DNA of 64,000 nt from the NCBI RefSeq assembly GCF_009914755.1, contig NC_060927.1, one strand, 5' to 3'. Positions 13,236 through 26,100 of this stretch are shown piece after piece; the stretch's first letter is position 1, and every line of letters begins with the position of its first letter. The DNA comes from the human T2T-CHM13v2.0 reference genome, Homo sapiens. Position numbers and translations under genes: made by a program. Under the pieces are notes generated by a model, which saw only the letters and a list, made by a program, of their open reading frames with translations, was not told the origin of the DNA and made no database searches.

Positions 13236-13534
13236 ACGAGGAGCTCATGCCTGTAATCCTAGAACTTTTGGAAGGTCAAGGTGAGAGGATCAGTTGAGGT
13301 CTGGAGTTTGATACCAGCCTTGGCATCATAGCAACACCTTGTCTCTACTAAAAAAAAAAAAAAGAATAATAGTAACAGTGATGGTAGTGTGTACCTGTAG
13401 TCCCAGCTACTAGTGAGACTGAGGCCAGAGGATCACTTGAACACAGGAGGTAGAGACTACAGTGAGCATTGCTCACGCCACTGCACTCCAGCCTGAACAA
13501 CAAAACTAGCCCCTGTCTCAAAACAAAGAAAAAA
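13236..13534 (+). mobile_element. AluJ-like SINE, slightly 5'-truncated
   Basis: Dimeric Alu with J-type gaggatca.ttgag and catagcaacacc; TSD aaaagttgaaattca (13221-13235) / aaaggttgaaattca (13535-13549). Confidence 0.92.
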
Positions 13535-15244
13535 AAAGGTTGAAATTCATGTTGCTTCTTTTCAGTAAATCATGAAATCTAAATATAGACGTGCTCCCTA
13601 TTCCAAGCAAAATATTCATTTTTTTCTTTCCTGTAAAAGAACAATCTTACGCTGCTAGGGGTAAGGAGATGTATAGAAGCTAACAGACGATATCTTAGTG
13701 ACCATTGACTCTAGTGGGCTCATTTTATTCTTGGAGATATTTTAGGCATAGCCCTTGGCTTTGGGTGAGGACATTGTTAATGATTTGTATATAGTAGTAT
13801 TCCCCAACACACACCCTTGAAAAGGGCAGCACTGCCTTACTCAGGTCTTTTTATTGGGATTCTGCATAAGATTTTGATTGGAATTTTTTTCTATCTTAGA
13901 TATAGTTTACACAACTATAGTACTTTGCCATTGAAAAAATTGAGTTTTTTTCTGCCAAAGTTACAATCAAGTTACTTGACTTAAATATAAAGTTTAAGAT
14001 TTAAATAGAACCTGCTAGGGAAAACTAAATAACCAGTAAACTGTTAAAGTTATATTAATGAATTACATTAATTTCCAGTAGTAATTAAATGGTTTTAATT
14101 AGATGTAAAAGTAACATTTAAAAATATATAACTTCAAATCATTTCTCTTTTCAGTGCTCTTGGCAAGAAAGTAATATTTATCCACAATGCCAGAATTGGA
14201 AGTACTAATTGGTCTTAATTTTAATTTACTTAAATCTAGGTAAACTATAATTAAATTGAAAATCAATAGTTAAAATAATCAGGAAATCTTGTTAATTTAG
14301 GAGTGAAACTAATTTTATTCTCTACCATTTTATACAACTAATTTATGAAACTAATTGCATATTAAATGTAGCCTACCAGACTTTATTTTTATTTTAAGCA
14401 AAATCTACACGATGGCAGACATAGTGTAATTATTTTAGCTGTGTGAATGTATGTAACTATTACATGCAAACTACTTAATAATTTTGGAATTATATGTAAA
14501 GTTATTCATTCCATAGTAAGGATCAAAAATATCTGGGCAAGGATATTCCTGTATCAAAAGAGGGTCTTTAAATAAAACCTCATAAAAATACTACAATATT
14601 GAATGCCTTGATTTTAAATAAACTGAATACATTGATACAGTAAATAAGACCATTTTCCAAAAATCAATTGAGGTGGAGAGCAGAAAGTTTCAAAATTTTT
14701 TGAGCAAAGAAAGTGATTTCAATATAAAACTTCTTTAGAAATTTAATTTAAGAATTTAGTTTAATGCTGTATTATAGATGCAATTCCAAAGAACAGTGAT
14801 TGCTAGGTTTGGCTGTGTAGGAGGTAAGGTGTTTTCTATTTTCTTGTTTTGATGTATATTGATTTTAAAGACACTTTTAATACCTTAATAATTTTTAACT
14901 TTTTTGCATCTGTAATTACAGCTCTTCTCTGAATAAGACTTGCCCAAGTTAAAGCTTCCCTGAATTCTTTCTTGAACACCAGTGCTAGCCACCATTATTC
15001 CGTGCACACGTCTGTTGCAATCTACAGAAATAGTGTTCCAGTTGCAATTCATATTCCACATATGTCTCTGTAGGGATCTTAGTTAAGACTTGCCAGTCAG
15101 GATTCTCATCTTATATTGCATGACCCTTAATTTTTGTAGCTGCTGTGGGTAATTTTTCACTAAGATTTCTCATGTGCTTTTACTTTTCCTGACAGCTCCA
15201 GGTAGATTTCAAGTCTAAATATTTAAACGTTCCAAATTATAGAC

Positions 15245-15395
15245 TTTCAAAACTTAACATGCATATTAAGGGGCTCTTTAAAATGCAGGGTCTGATTCAG
15301 TAGGTTTGGTGTGGAGCTAGAGATGCTGCATTTGTAATCAGTTATAAGTGATGTAGATGCTGCTGGTCTATTGATCATACTATTTAGTATCAAGG
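15245..15395. mobile_element. MER5A/MER5A1-like hAT-Charlie MITE
   Basis: ttaaaatgcag..tctgattcagtaggtttggtgtggagc..gaga..ctgcatttgtaa...gtgatgtagatgctgctggtc. Confidence 0.75.
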
Positions 15396-15409
15396 TTGTA
15401 GACGGTAGA

Positions 15410-15527
15410 CATCCCTTGACTTCTGCTTAGTAAATGTCCTGAAATAAAATATTTGAATTTTTTTGAACAAGCATTCCTGTTGATTCTGATACTGGTGTTA
15501 GGCTGGACAAATTTTGTGAAACACTAT
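15410..15527. mobile_element. MER5-like fragment
   Basis: ttttgaacaagcattcctgttgattctgatactggtg...gtgaaacacta. Confidence 0.5.
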
Positions 15528-15679
15528 GCTATATTATCTGCCACTTGCTGAAAGATTCCAGTTTCTCAGTTTTTATCCATGGTTCCACTTGACCTGATTA
15601 CCGTGATATCAATGTAAAAGAATTAGGAAAAGAAATAACTTCAACTTGCTTTTTGAGAAAAATATTTTTATTTGGTAAC

Positions 15680-15876
15680 AGTTAATCCTAATCTTAATAT
15701 TTTAGGTTTTTGAAGGCCATATGATTTATGTTGCAACTATTCAAACTCTACCACTGTAGTTTGAACACAGTCATACATCATATGCAAACAAATGGGTGTG
15801 CCTGTGTTCCAATAAAACTTTATTTCCAAAACAGGAGGCAGACAGATTTGGCCTGAGGACTGTAATTTGCTCCCCA
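15680..15876 (+). mobile_element. MER58A-like hAT-Charlie MITE
   Basis: aatattttaggttttt.aaggccatatg...gttgcaactattcaaactct.ccactgtag...aaatgggtgtgcctgtgttccaataaaactttattt.caaaacagg.ggc...gatttggcc. Confidence 0.85.
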
Positions 15877-16079
15877 GCCCAACCCACTGTGTATGTCAAT
15901 CACACACAGCATATGCATACTTTATTCAAAATGCATTTCAAAATAGAACCTAGTTTATGGCTCAATTGCTATGTTATAATTAAAAAATAACTATTATGAC
16001 TGTAATTATGTTAAATATAAACACAGGATTACATTTTAGCATATAGGACCTCATCCAAAATTGACTTCCACCTTGTAAG

Positions 16080-16200
16080 ATCACCACTATTATATAAATG
16101 GGAAAATGGAGACTCAGGTTAAATAATTTTTCATTATCACATCTTTGAAGAATAGAAGAGCCAGGTCCTGAGAAAGCCTCTTGGCTCCAAATCTGTTGTT
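16080..16200 (-). mobile_element. MIR fragment
   Basis: tataaatgggaaaatggagactcaggttaaataattt...agaagagccagg...tggctccaaatc. Confidence 0.55.
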
Positions 16201-18249
16201 TCTAAGCATTTGATTTTATTGAGGTCATAACAGAGTGAATGTAACTCCATGAGTTTGAGAAGGCTTACTGACTTCATGAACTAATAAAAATCTTTAACTC
16301 TTATATTGTCTTACAAATTAGATATATCATATAGTTACCATTTTGCATTTCATGAGAATTGAGTTTTCTGGTGTCAGATAAAAATTTCTTGCACAAGTTT
16401 TACACTGTTAGTTTTGGAGATAATTTTATTTTATTTATTGTACTTTCAGGCATTAAATATTTACTGATTTAATGAAACCTAGATGGAGTAGAATAGAAAA
16501 ACATGTATTTTTGCATTCTCAAGGAAAATTTCATAATAGGAAAAGTACAATGACCCAAGGGGCTTTGGAGATCAAAAATACTTCTTGACTATTTTTAATT
16601 TATTTTCTGTGAGTAGTATGAAAAAAAATTTTTTTACTATCTTCCTTAAAACAAGTCTTCAGCAAAATGTATAGTTCTCTCTAATGCATTTTTTAAAGTG
16701 GATTGTGTTAGGAAACCTGAAGAAAATAGGAGTTATATATTTGAGTTGAGAAGCAAAAAGAGACTGCTTATATTGAGGAATGATAGATGGCTGACGTCAA
16801 AGTCCTAATTGCGGTTTCCAAGAAAGGACTGATAAAGCTTGCTTTTCTCACCCTTCCTGCACCACTGTGGCTACAAGGTGCATGTCATATTTGACAAATG
16901 CTACTTCTCCCTCTCTTTGTCAATATGGGGGCAGCACTGATCTCAGAAAAATCAGGAGGTAGAGACCTGAATATTTAAAATAGGTGTTCCTATTTCTCTT
17001 TTCCTTACGACAATATTACAAGTAATAAAATACTTGAGCCGAGATTCGAATTTAAGCATGTACAGCTTCCACTAAAAAATAATAACTCCTATTTTGTCTC
17101 CTATTAAAATACTTAAATTGAAACATAAAAACCAATAAAACATGCAAAAGTTGATACGTTTTAGATATGTATGCACACGAGAAATGAGTAGGAGGTTTGT
17201 TCTTCCAAATTTGAAAAATTATTTTAGGGTCATTAGTTAAGACTGAACGTATTCTTTGCAAGAAAATTGAATGCTTTGTGGTCAATTATTATAGAGAAAA
17301 GTATTATTGGAAGCTGTTGAAATGTAATTACAGAAAGGAGAATTAATTTATTTGCTTAGAGAGTAATTACATGAATAAAATCTCATTTTCATTTTTAATG
17401 AAGTTATAATTTTAAACATTTACTATAAAATTAATAACAGGGGTTCAGACCCACTGATCTGCAATTTGTTTGAAGGTTTCATTATTTATTTCTTATGTTG
17501 TTTCCTCAAAGCACTTGAGTGATTTTATTTTCACTAAAATGTGGGTATTCTAAGTAACAAGATCTTGCTACATGTTGCTTAAAAAGCAATAATAAAATAT
17601 GCTCCAAAAATTTATTTAAAAGTTATTTTCCAAATTCTAGCAACAAAATCATTTAAAATTTAAGATTATTTATAGAAAAATATAATTAAAAATTACACAT
17701 GTGAAAGTATAGAATTTGTTATATAAACAAGAGTATTTCCTGAATGAAACTGAGTAATATGAATAAATTCATCCCAATTTAGTCTTGCAGGTTAAAAAAT
17801 TATGAGTAACAGAGACTTCTAATAAAAAGTAGAAAACCGGTTATTCTTTTCAACTTTTTTTCATTTAAATTATTTTTGCTTTCCCTGTTCCTCTTCCTTT
17901 TCGCTCTATCTGCTACCATCACAAATGGGAAATTTTCCTCAGCTTTCCTTAAAATTCAACCTAGGAGTTCAACATGGATGGCAATAGGCACTACCGTTTC
18001 TGCTAATGCATTGACTGGGTCTTAGAGCATTTAACTAGATTATCTGAAGGATGTGGAAGTAGTTTGCTTCAAAGTATGATATCAATCTATAACTTTATTA
18101 AGGTGAAAGAGAATAAAGCTAATAGACTATATTATTTCTGTGTACATTGGCACGACTATCATCTGTAGTGCATGAAGAGGAGTAATGCCCACTGGAAGAA
18201 AAATATATTTATATTTGGTGGAATTTGAGAAAGTGTTGAAGTGAGATAT

Positions 18250-18350
18250 AGAAGGGACCTTGAGAATTTAATTCAACCTCCTTTCATCTCATGAGTGAGA
18301 AAATTGTCGCTCAGAGAATTCAAACCTGCTCAAGGTCACACTGCTAGTTC
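18250..18350 (-). mobile_element. MIR/MIR3 fragment
   Basis: gaagggaccttgaga...caacctcctttcat...gagaaaattg.cgctcagaga...cctgctcaaggtcacactgctagtt. Confidence 0.65.
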
Positions 18351-18832
18351 TCTTTCACTTTTTGGCAGGGAGAATGACAATTGTCTGAAAAGAAAGTATT
18401 TATTTAATAATAATGATAAGACATTCAAAGATATGAGGAGTTGGCAACTTCTGAACAGCAGCATGGCTGTGAGGTTACCCTTTCTGTCTAGTATACAGAA
18501 GTGAGAAAATGTCTTCCACATGTTGCTTTTTACAAGAAATAGAGAAACATTTCAAACTAGTTACCAGCTTTCATTTTAATAGAAACTCCTACAAGCAGCT
18601 AGGAAACAGGGGTAACTAGTTTACACTCCATTGGAAATTGATGACTTTGGTACACAAGCTAATTAGATTGTTTTCCAGTTAGTTGCTTTTACCAACAATT
18701 TAGGAGATAGTGTTTCAATGATACTTTGAACCATTTGTCCTCGTTTATAGATTTTTAAATTTCATACATCATTATGCCCTTATGCACTGTGATTAGCAAA
18801 CCAAATTTTAGTCTGATTCCACGTTTAAACCT

Positions 18833-18868
18833 TTGTGTTTTTCAAGTACATTGTGTTTTTCAAGTACA
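18833..18868. repeat. Perfect 18-bp tandem duplication
   Basis: ttgtgtttttcaagtaca x2. Confidence 0.9.
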
Positions 18869-19341
18869 TATACATGTGTCTATATATATATGTATAGACA
18901 CATGTATATGTGTGTATGTGTACGCATATACATAAAAAAAGTTTATAAAAGTGACATGCACCTGATAAAATATCAAGTAATAAATACCTTCTTAGCATTA
19001 AGTTCCACTCATCATATTTTAAATTATTTTAGCTGTTGCTTTTAGTATTACCTCCAAATATTTATTGTTTACTAATTTAACTATTTGTTAAGTATTTGTT
19101 TATATTATGAAAAATGAGAAACAACTATTATCTCTCTTCTATACTCCTATTTTAATTGTATTTTTATGTTGGTTTAGTGCATTCTTATTATTATGATATG
19201 TAAAATTAATCACTGGAACACCCCCAAAAATGATCATTTATTTCTTTATTTCCTTCTTTCTCTTTTCCTTTCTTATTTTCTTCCTTCCTTCCTGTCTCTT
19301 TTTTACCCTTAGATTCTAATTGTCTTTTCACAATTTCGTCT

Positions 19342-19585
19342 AATACTAAACACTTGCTTAGTGCTTATTGTCTACCAGGTACTATTTTCAGTGTTTCACG
19401 TGTATTCATTCATTTTAATCTCATAATAATCTTTTAATGTGGATACTATAATTATCATCCCCATTTTATAGTGGGGAAGACTGAAGACCAGAGAATGAGA
19501 CAATGGTAGAAGTCACACAACCAGGAAGGGATAGAGCTAGAATATGTACACAAGCAGTATGATTTCAGAGTCATAATGTTAAATA
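19342..19585 (-). mobile_element. MIR (MIRb-like) SINE, near full length
   Basis: agtgcttattgtctaccaggtact...ttttaatctcataataatc...atcatccccattttatag.ggggaagactgaagaccagaga...agtcacacaacca...tgatttcagagtc. Confidence 0.8.
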
Positions 19586-21244
19586 CAATGTTACCTTCTT
19601 GCTGTTCTTAGTTTTTCAAAAGCTCAATCACATGAGAAACTCTTATAATTTATTCCCACAAGGAAACTTTGCCTCCTAGCTTCTATGTTTTCCATACAGA
19701 AACAAAAAAGACCATTAGACTACACCTCCAAATGGCTTTGGCAAATGAGAAATATCATTGTGTGGCCCTACTACTGCTCCAGAAATATCATCTGATCAGA
19801 TCTTGAGCAACATCTGAGGAGCAGAAGGAAGTCTGTTTTGGGTTAAGAGAGAAACCTCAGATAACTGCCTCAAAAGGGCCTTTCTTCATTGATCCAGTTC
19901 CCACAATTTTTATAGTCAGCACTGGAAGCTTCTCTTAGTTCCTGGGCTTTGTTAACAATAGAGGTCTCAATTTCACCTTAGTTGATTTTTTCTTAAGTAA
20001 TTATTTTTTATTATTTTAGAGTTTCAATTTCCTATGCACTTTCTGGTTCCCGGCTGTGACACAGCTGCCCATCTGATTAATTATTTTCATGTGGTCTTCA
20101 TTTCAAACCTGTCCTCTTTTCTCTCTTCCCCTCCCTGCTGAGTCTCAGCATTCCTTGCCCTCAGGAATGGGCAAGGAGGGCCACCTGCTGTTACACATCC
20201 CCCTAACCTGAGGACTTTCTGTTCTCACTTGTCTTCAGGTGGTCATCCTAAGGAATTTGCAAGGATGGCCCAGGTAGTAACTATTCTGTTCTCAACTGCT
20301 GGTACTTTTATTTGATAAAACTTTAAAAGAAAATTGCTTAGATTAAAGCTTTATCTTAAAAATAAATGACAGATTTGACTTAATGATGTAGGAAGCTAGG
20401 GAGGCCTATTTTCCCTAATTTAAATTAATTCACCTCTGTCTGCACTAATAACTTATGGATGAATTGAACCTCTGGGTAAAATTGTAGTGGCTATTAGAGT
20501 ACAAAATGTAATCTCACTAGACGTTACATATTCAACATTATTTCACATTAAAAACTTGATAAAAATTCATCTCTCCTTTTTTTCTTTGCCATACAACAGA
20601 TAACCCTTTCTTTGGTTCCCATTTACTCAAATTCTAGGTGTTCTTGATTGCAGACTCTTGGAAGCTGTTAAAATGCATTGTCCTCTTAGGCAGACCATAA
20701 ACCGAGCTAGTATTGAGAGAAGCTAAAGCCATTATGATTTCATCAAACGCCTTGAGTTTATGAGAAGCAAAACCACAGGTATTAGGTAGGTGCATAAAAA
20801 ATCGAGTCAAACTCTAGACAAGGATCAAGATTCTAGGGATCTAATCCAGAGGGTAAAATTGTGATATAACCTCAGATATGCTGGGGGACATGGTGACAGT
20901 AATTTGTGGGGTAATCCATTCTCTAAGGATAGAATTACCTAAGACTATCAAAGTTTGGGGAAACAGGAATAGGAGGCATGTGATGATAAAACATGCCCCC
21001 AGTTGACTGGAGACAATAGGACTCTCTTACCAGAAATGCAAAACGATCAACTGTGAAGTGATAGAGCTAGGTAGTGGTGGCTTAAAATGCAGATGTGAGA
21101 GAGTGACAGAAAAATGCCAGGACCCAAGAGACTGTAGAATGGGGGCCAGGCAAGTGGCCTTATTTTTCCACACATTGTTTGGAGAGGTTGTCAATTGATA
21201 ATGTTACTGAAGTTTTTGGCCTGTTGATTCCTTTTAAAATATGT

Positions 21245-21670
21245 ATCATTGTAGTAAAATACACACAACATAAAATTTACCATTTTGACTATTGTTAAAT
21301 GTACAGTTCTGTGGCATGAAATACATCCATATTGTTGCCCAACCAATCACCGAAACTCTTTCATCGTGCAAAACGGAAACTCTCTGCCTATTAAACAACA
21401 ACTTCCTCTTCCCTCAGCCCTGGCCAACCACCATTCTACTCTCTGTCACTATGAATTTGACTACTCTAGATACCTCAGATAAGTGGAATTATAGTGTATT
21501 TGTCTTTTTGTGACTGACTTATTTCATTTAGCCTAATGTCCTCAAGGTTCATTAATGTTGTAGTGTATGTCTGAATTTTCTTTATAAAGCTGATTAATAA
21601 TATTCCATTGTGTGTATAAGTGTATGTTTGTGTGTGTGTGTTTGTATATCACATTTTATTTATCTGTCTA
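21245..21670 (-). mobile_element. L1 (L1MB-like) 3' UTR fragment
   Basis: gtaaaatacacacaacataaaatttaccatttt...aaactctctgcctattaaacaac...accaccattctactctctgtc.ctatgaatttgactactctagatacctca.ataagtggaat. Confidence 0.85.
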
Positions 21671-22800
21671 TATTATAATATAAGAAACAACAAAACAAAT
21701 GGGCAATAAAAAATGCTAAAACCACAAATCCATTGTGTCCCAGAGAAGTGGTATACCCAGCCCAGGATTTGAGTTCTTGTTTTGAATAGCTGATTACGAT
21801 TGGAACTGATGAATGGCAATGACCTTTTTTTTCTTTTCTGCAAATGTCAGTAATCTTCCAATCTCCACACTGGGCTTACATTATAACCTTACATACCATT
21901 CAGCTCTTACTTATATATTGTCTCGTTGTTTTCTAAATATTTAATTCCAGTTTTTATTGCTTCTACCAGAATTTGAGTTATTTGAGGTCTGAAGTCATGT
22001 TTGAGGCATAGATAGTCCTCACTGTTATATATTTTTTGTGACTTGCAAACTTCATACAATGAATTGCTCTTTTTGCTTATTTTTTGAAATTTTGTCTCCT
22101 GTTAAGAGTGCACATTTTGCTTTCTCTTCACGGCCAATTTATTTGTTATTTCAAATAAACTTTCAACTATAATTTCACATACTTTATATACCGTCTTCTA
22201 AAGTCATGTATGATTCTATCATTTCTAATTTTATGTTTTTTATATTTTCTTTTTTCTCTTGTGTATCTAGAAGTTTATTTCACTTTTCTCCCCAAAGGAG
22301 CTGCTCTTGAATGTGCATGGACACCTTTTCCCTGCCTAGGTATGTTAACATTTATATTTTATTTTATGTTTTCTTTTAGTATGCTTTTGTTACGTGTTTA
22401 TATCTACCTCCTGTAAAGCTCGACTCTTTTCATCTCAGTGTACGGTATTTTTATCTTTTGTTTACATTTGTGTGTCATAGTGTCCACGTATTTTTTAAGG
22501 GTAAAAAGCTGAGGCCCTCTATGATTTATTTTCTAAAATTAGTCAGTATTGGTTGTTTATTTGTCTTAAATATGGTATGTTCCCTCTTCATCTTTTTAGT
22601 GTTATATTCTATTTCTCTATGTTAAATAATTTTAAAAATTCTTGATTTATTTTGTGTTGCTATTTATTGTTTGCTGTTGTTGCATTTCAAGTTAAACCTT
22701 GCAAAAAAATTATCTTACTCAGGGATATTACTTGCCTGAAAACTGGGTGGATTAATTGCCCTGTTTTGATTTTAGGATTCCCCTCTCAGATTTTAAGCTG

Positions 22801-22851
22801 TTTCCTTTCCTTCTTTCCTTCCTTCCTTCCTTTCTTCCTTCCTTCCTTCCT
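22801..22851. repeat. (CCTT/CTTT)n pyrimidine microsatellite
   Basis: Directly visible. Confidence 0.85.
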
Positions 22852-22888
22852 GATCTGAGGGGAATGGAAGGTTTGCTTCCATAGGTAA

Positions 22889-23335
22889 TGTAGCAGGACA
22901 AGCCACAGACAAAACGCCTCAGACACTGAGTTAAAGAAGGAAGGGCTTTATTCGGCCGGGAGCTTCGGCAAGATTCACGTATCCAAAAACCAAGCTCCCT
23001 GAGTGAGCAATTCCTGTCCCTTTTAAGGGCTCACAACGCGTGAGAGGGTTGTGATTGATTGAGCAAGCAGGGGGTACGTGACTGGGGGCTGCATGCACTG
23101 GTAATCAGAACAGAACAGAACAGGACAGGGATTTTCACAATGCTTTTCCATACAATGTCTGGAATCTATAGATAACATAACCAGTTAAGTCAGGGGTCGA
23201 TCTTTAACCAGGCCCAGGGCATGACACCGGGCTGTCTGCCTGTTGGTTTCATTTCTGCCTTTTAGTTTTTACTTCTTCTTTCTTTGGAGGAAGAAATTGG
23301 GCATAAGACAATACGAGGGGTGGTCTCCTCCCTTA
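22889..23335 (-). mobile_element. 3' LTR (LTR2 family), 447 bp
   Basis: Minus strand reads TAAGGGAGGAGACCACCCCTC...GTCCTGCTACA; AATAAA at 22947-22952 (-); 13-bp deletion relative to the 5' LTR. Confidence 0.92.
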
Positions 23336-23347
23336 TTCCCCCTCTTT
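23336..23347 (-). other. Polypurine tract (PPT)
   Basis: AAAGAGGGGGAA on the minus strand immediately upstream of the 3' LTR. Confidence 0.85.
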
Positions 23348-23349
23348 GA

Positions 23350-25455
23350 GAATTTCACTCAATAGTGGGAGTTCTCACTTTCATTCTCACTACCTGTGTC
23401 GTTTTGCAAGACAGATCAATAGTGATTAATATAGTACACTTGCGCTGAAGCATTTTGGTGAACTAAGGTAGCAATGAAGCTTTTGATCATTTGAGGAAGT
23501 ACAGGTAGAAAACAACAGAACAGTAAGCAGGTTTCTATTACTATTATAACTTCTATTATAAGGGTTTTAAATCTTTCTAGAGCTGGGAACCATTTTCCAA
23601 ACATGGCCCCAGGATCAAATCCATGCCACACTTGCATGGGTACATGTGCCAGTTATGTCATATTTCTAACTATGTCTTCAACTATTTGCCCTTGATGATC
23701 TATGTGTAGATAGCTATTAGTAAGGTTAAATTTCTCACAGACCCCTCCTTCAGCTGCTAGCAAGTAGTTGAGAGCCAATTTATTCTGATAGATAGCATTT
23801 CTCATCTGAGTTTCTTGAGGGGCCAGAGTAGTCAAGGCTCTGCTGGTCTTATTAGTGATTATTTCTAAGAGAGCTTGTAACCGTATGATTCAGCTGAGCA
23901 TGTAAATGTGGGTCCGGTATCCCCACAAGCCATCTTGTGCCCATGTAGCAGGCCCACAATATTGTATGATTCTCTCAGGGGGGCCATTCATTATCTTTCC
24001 AATTTCCTATAGCTATGCTTCTCTTTTCGCGGGAAGCATAGACAGGGAAGCCCAGGAGTTCACCTGTCTTTATGGGCAGTAGGAAGAAAGATGGTTTAAT
24101 AGTGTCAATAACACAACTACCTGCCCACTGGTCAAGTAATTTGGCGTAAGGTCTATGCCCACATACACAGTATAATCCAGTGGGGGCTGTCCAGTCCCAG
24201 TGGGACTCCGGGTGGGTCTCTGGGTGGGTCCACACAATTTGCAACTTTGGGAATTTACTAAATGGATTTTTCTTAGTGTGGTTTGAACTCCACTAGGTGG
24301 CTGTTTTTGTAGTACTATTATACAGTTTTTGCCCAAGGCAGCTGAGTCTTCCCACAGGAAGAGTGAAGTCCTCCCCCACTCTTGCAATACAGTATTGTCT
24401 AATGATTGAGGCTTTTAGGACCCAGAAGTTATCAGGGTGATTCTTTTGAGTCAGGAATTTATTGGGAACTGGGTCTGTAGGTACTAATTCTCAGGCTTCC
24501 CATGGCCATTGATATCCCATTACAGTTCTTCCACATACATAACATGACGTGACATTGAGAGAATTGGCTACATGTTCAGCTAATTGCAAAAACAAATTTC
24601 TTGTTTTTCCTGGAATTTCTGGTACTGGAGCATTCAGTTCATCATAGAAGGTTTGAAATACTGGCTCAGGAGAGCGTTTATAAACTCCTCAAACCATGAT
24701 ATTTACTCGAGGATCCAGTCCAACCCCATTGATTTCAAGGGTTATACGCTCCCCTTTTTTCCAGCAAGGATCAAGGGGATTGGTTATTACTAGTTCGAAG
24801 GGGTTACACTGACAACTGGTACAGGAAGGGCCACTTTTCCCTTTCTGAAGGTGGACAAGATTCTTTTTTCTTTTTTATCCAAGTAGCCTAAATGGCACGA
24901 GACCAGTATCCACATTGATTTCCACACAGTCCTAATTTATGAAAAATGCACTTATTTTCTGCCATATAGACTCCTTTTAAATTAAGAGAATCACATCTTT
25001 TTCCTAACTTATTACTATTAATGACAGCACAGTCATCAAATTTCAAGGTGACTTGTTTGGGCACCCCTCTTTCTTCTGTTTTGGCTAACACTTTACTCGT
25101 ATCATTTATGAACCCCCACCAGTCCTCAGTCCTTAATCTTATTTTAAAAACTGTGGTCATGGGAGGCTCAGATGGGTCATAACACACATCAGGTTGGTCA
25201 TTTCCTGGGCTATGTACCTTGTATAGAATAGCATTATACAAACAAGTTCTTTTTAGAGTCCTGGTACACTTATAATAACCACAAAATAATAGGACTGTAG
25301 CAACTTTTTGTCCTACCTCAGTGAATTGATGTATTCACTGGGAATACTGTGAGGACACTGGGAAAAGTCCTCAGTCTGAGGAAGGTCAGTTGAAGTCCTT
25401 ACCGTACAAGTCCAAATTTTAAGGAAAATGAGTCCCGCGATGAGTTTTCTCAGCT
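23350..25455 (-). pseudogene. env: HERV-E-type env remnant, broken by stops and frameshifts
   Basis: Leader-like RKLIAGLIFLKIWTCTVR near 25453; SU pieces (ORFs 24888-25241, 23975-24244) with furin site REKR; TM immunosuppressive domain [18 protein letters not shown] (23653-23835); membrane-spanning region in ORF 23416-23637. Confidence 0.88.
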
Positions 25456-25529
25456 TCAGCCGTGCGTGAACCAGTCAGCTTCTGGGTGTAACTGGAGCAG
25501 GGCTTGTCGTCTACTTCAGAGTCACTTTG

Positions 25530-26100
25530 CAGGGGTTGGCGAAGCTGCTCCTGCCCACGTACAGCTCACAGTCTACTGATAGTCAAGGATGGTCTCAGAG
25601 GTTGGGCCCACTAGAATAAAATGAGTCCAATACCTCTACATGTTTATGTTCAACTGGGCTCTCTGATACCAGGAGTAAGGTGGCGGGATTTAGGGTGTTG
25701 CAAGCTTCAGTGGTTATGCGGGGATTTTCACATAGTAAGCTTTGGTACTTGGTTATTCTAGCGTTTGTTAGCCAATGATGTCCTTTGGTATTCCTCAAAG
25801 TTACCACAGCATGGGGGGGCTTTATATTCGGGTTTTGCCCAAGGGTTAGTTTATCTGCTTCTTGTGCTAACAGCACCGTTGCTCCCAGGGCCCTTAGACA
25901 TGGGGGCCAGCCTTTGGAAACCCCATCTCATTGTTTTGAGAGATAGGCCACAGGCCTTGGCCAGGGCCCCACAGTCTGGGTTAAAACTCCAACGCCATTT
26001 TTTCTCTTTCTGACACGTAGAGTATAAAGGGTTTTGTCAGGACAGGTAGCACCAGGGCTAGGGCCAACATGAGTTTTTCTTTTAACTAATGAAAAACTTG
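25530..26100 (-). pseudogene. pol: Gammaretrovirus-like pol remnant (RT thumb/connection to RNase H start)
   Basis: LKEKLMLALALVLPVLTKPFILYV, GVLTQTVGPWPRPVAYLSKQ, EADKLTLGQ..PHAV..HWLTNARITKYQSLL..CNTLNPATLL; RT core and integrase core are missing. Confidence 0.88.

Noticed and set aside
20620-21170. Purine-rich block resembling an old LTR
   Set aside because: No definable termini, TSD or family match.
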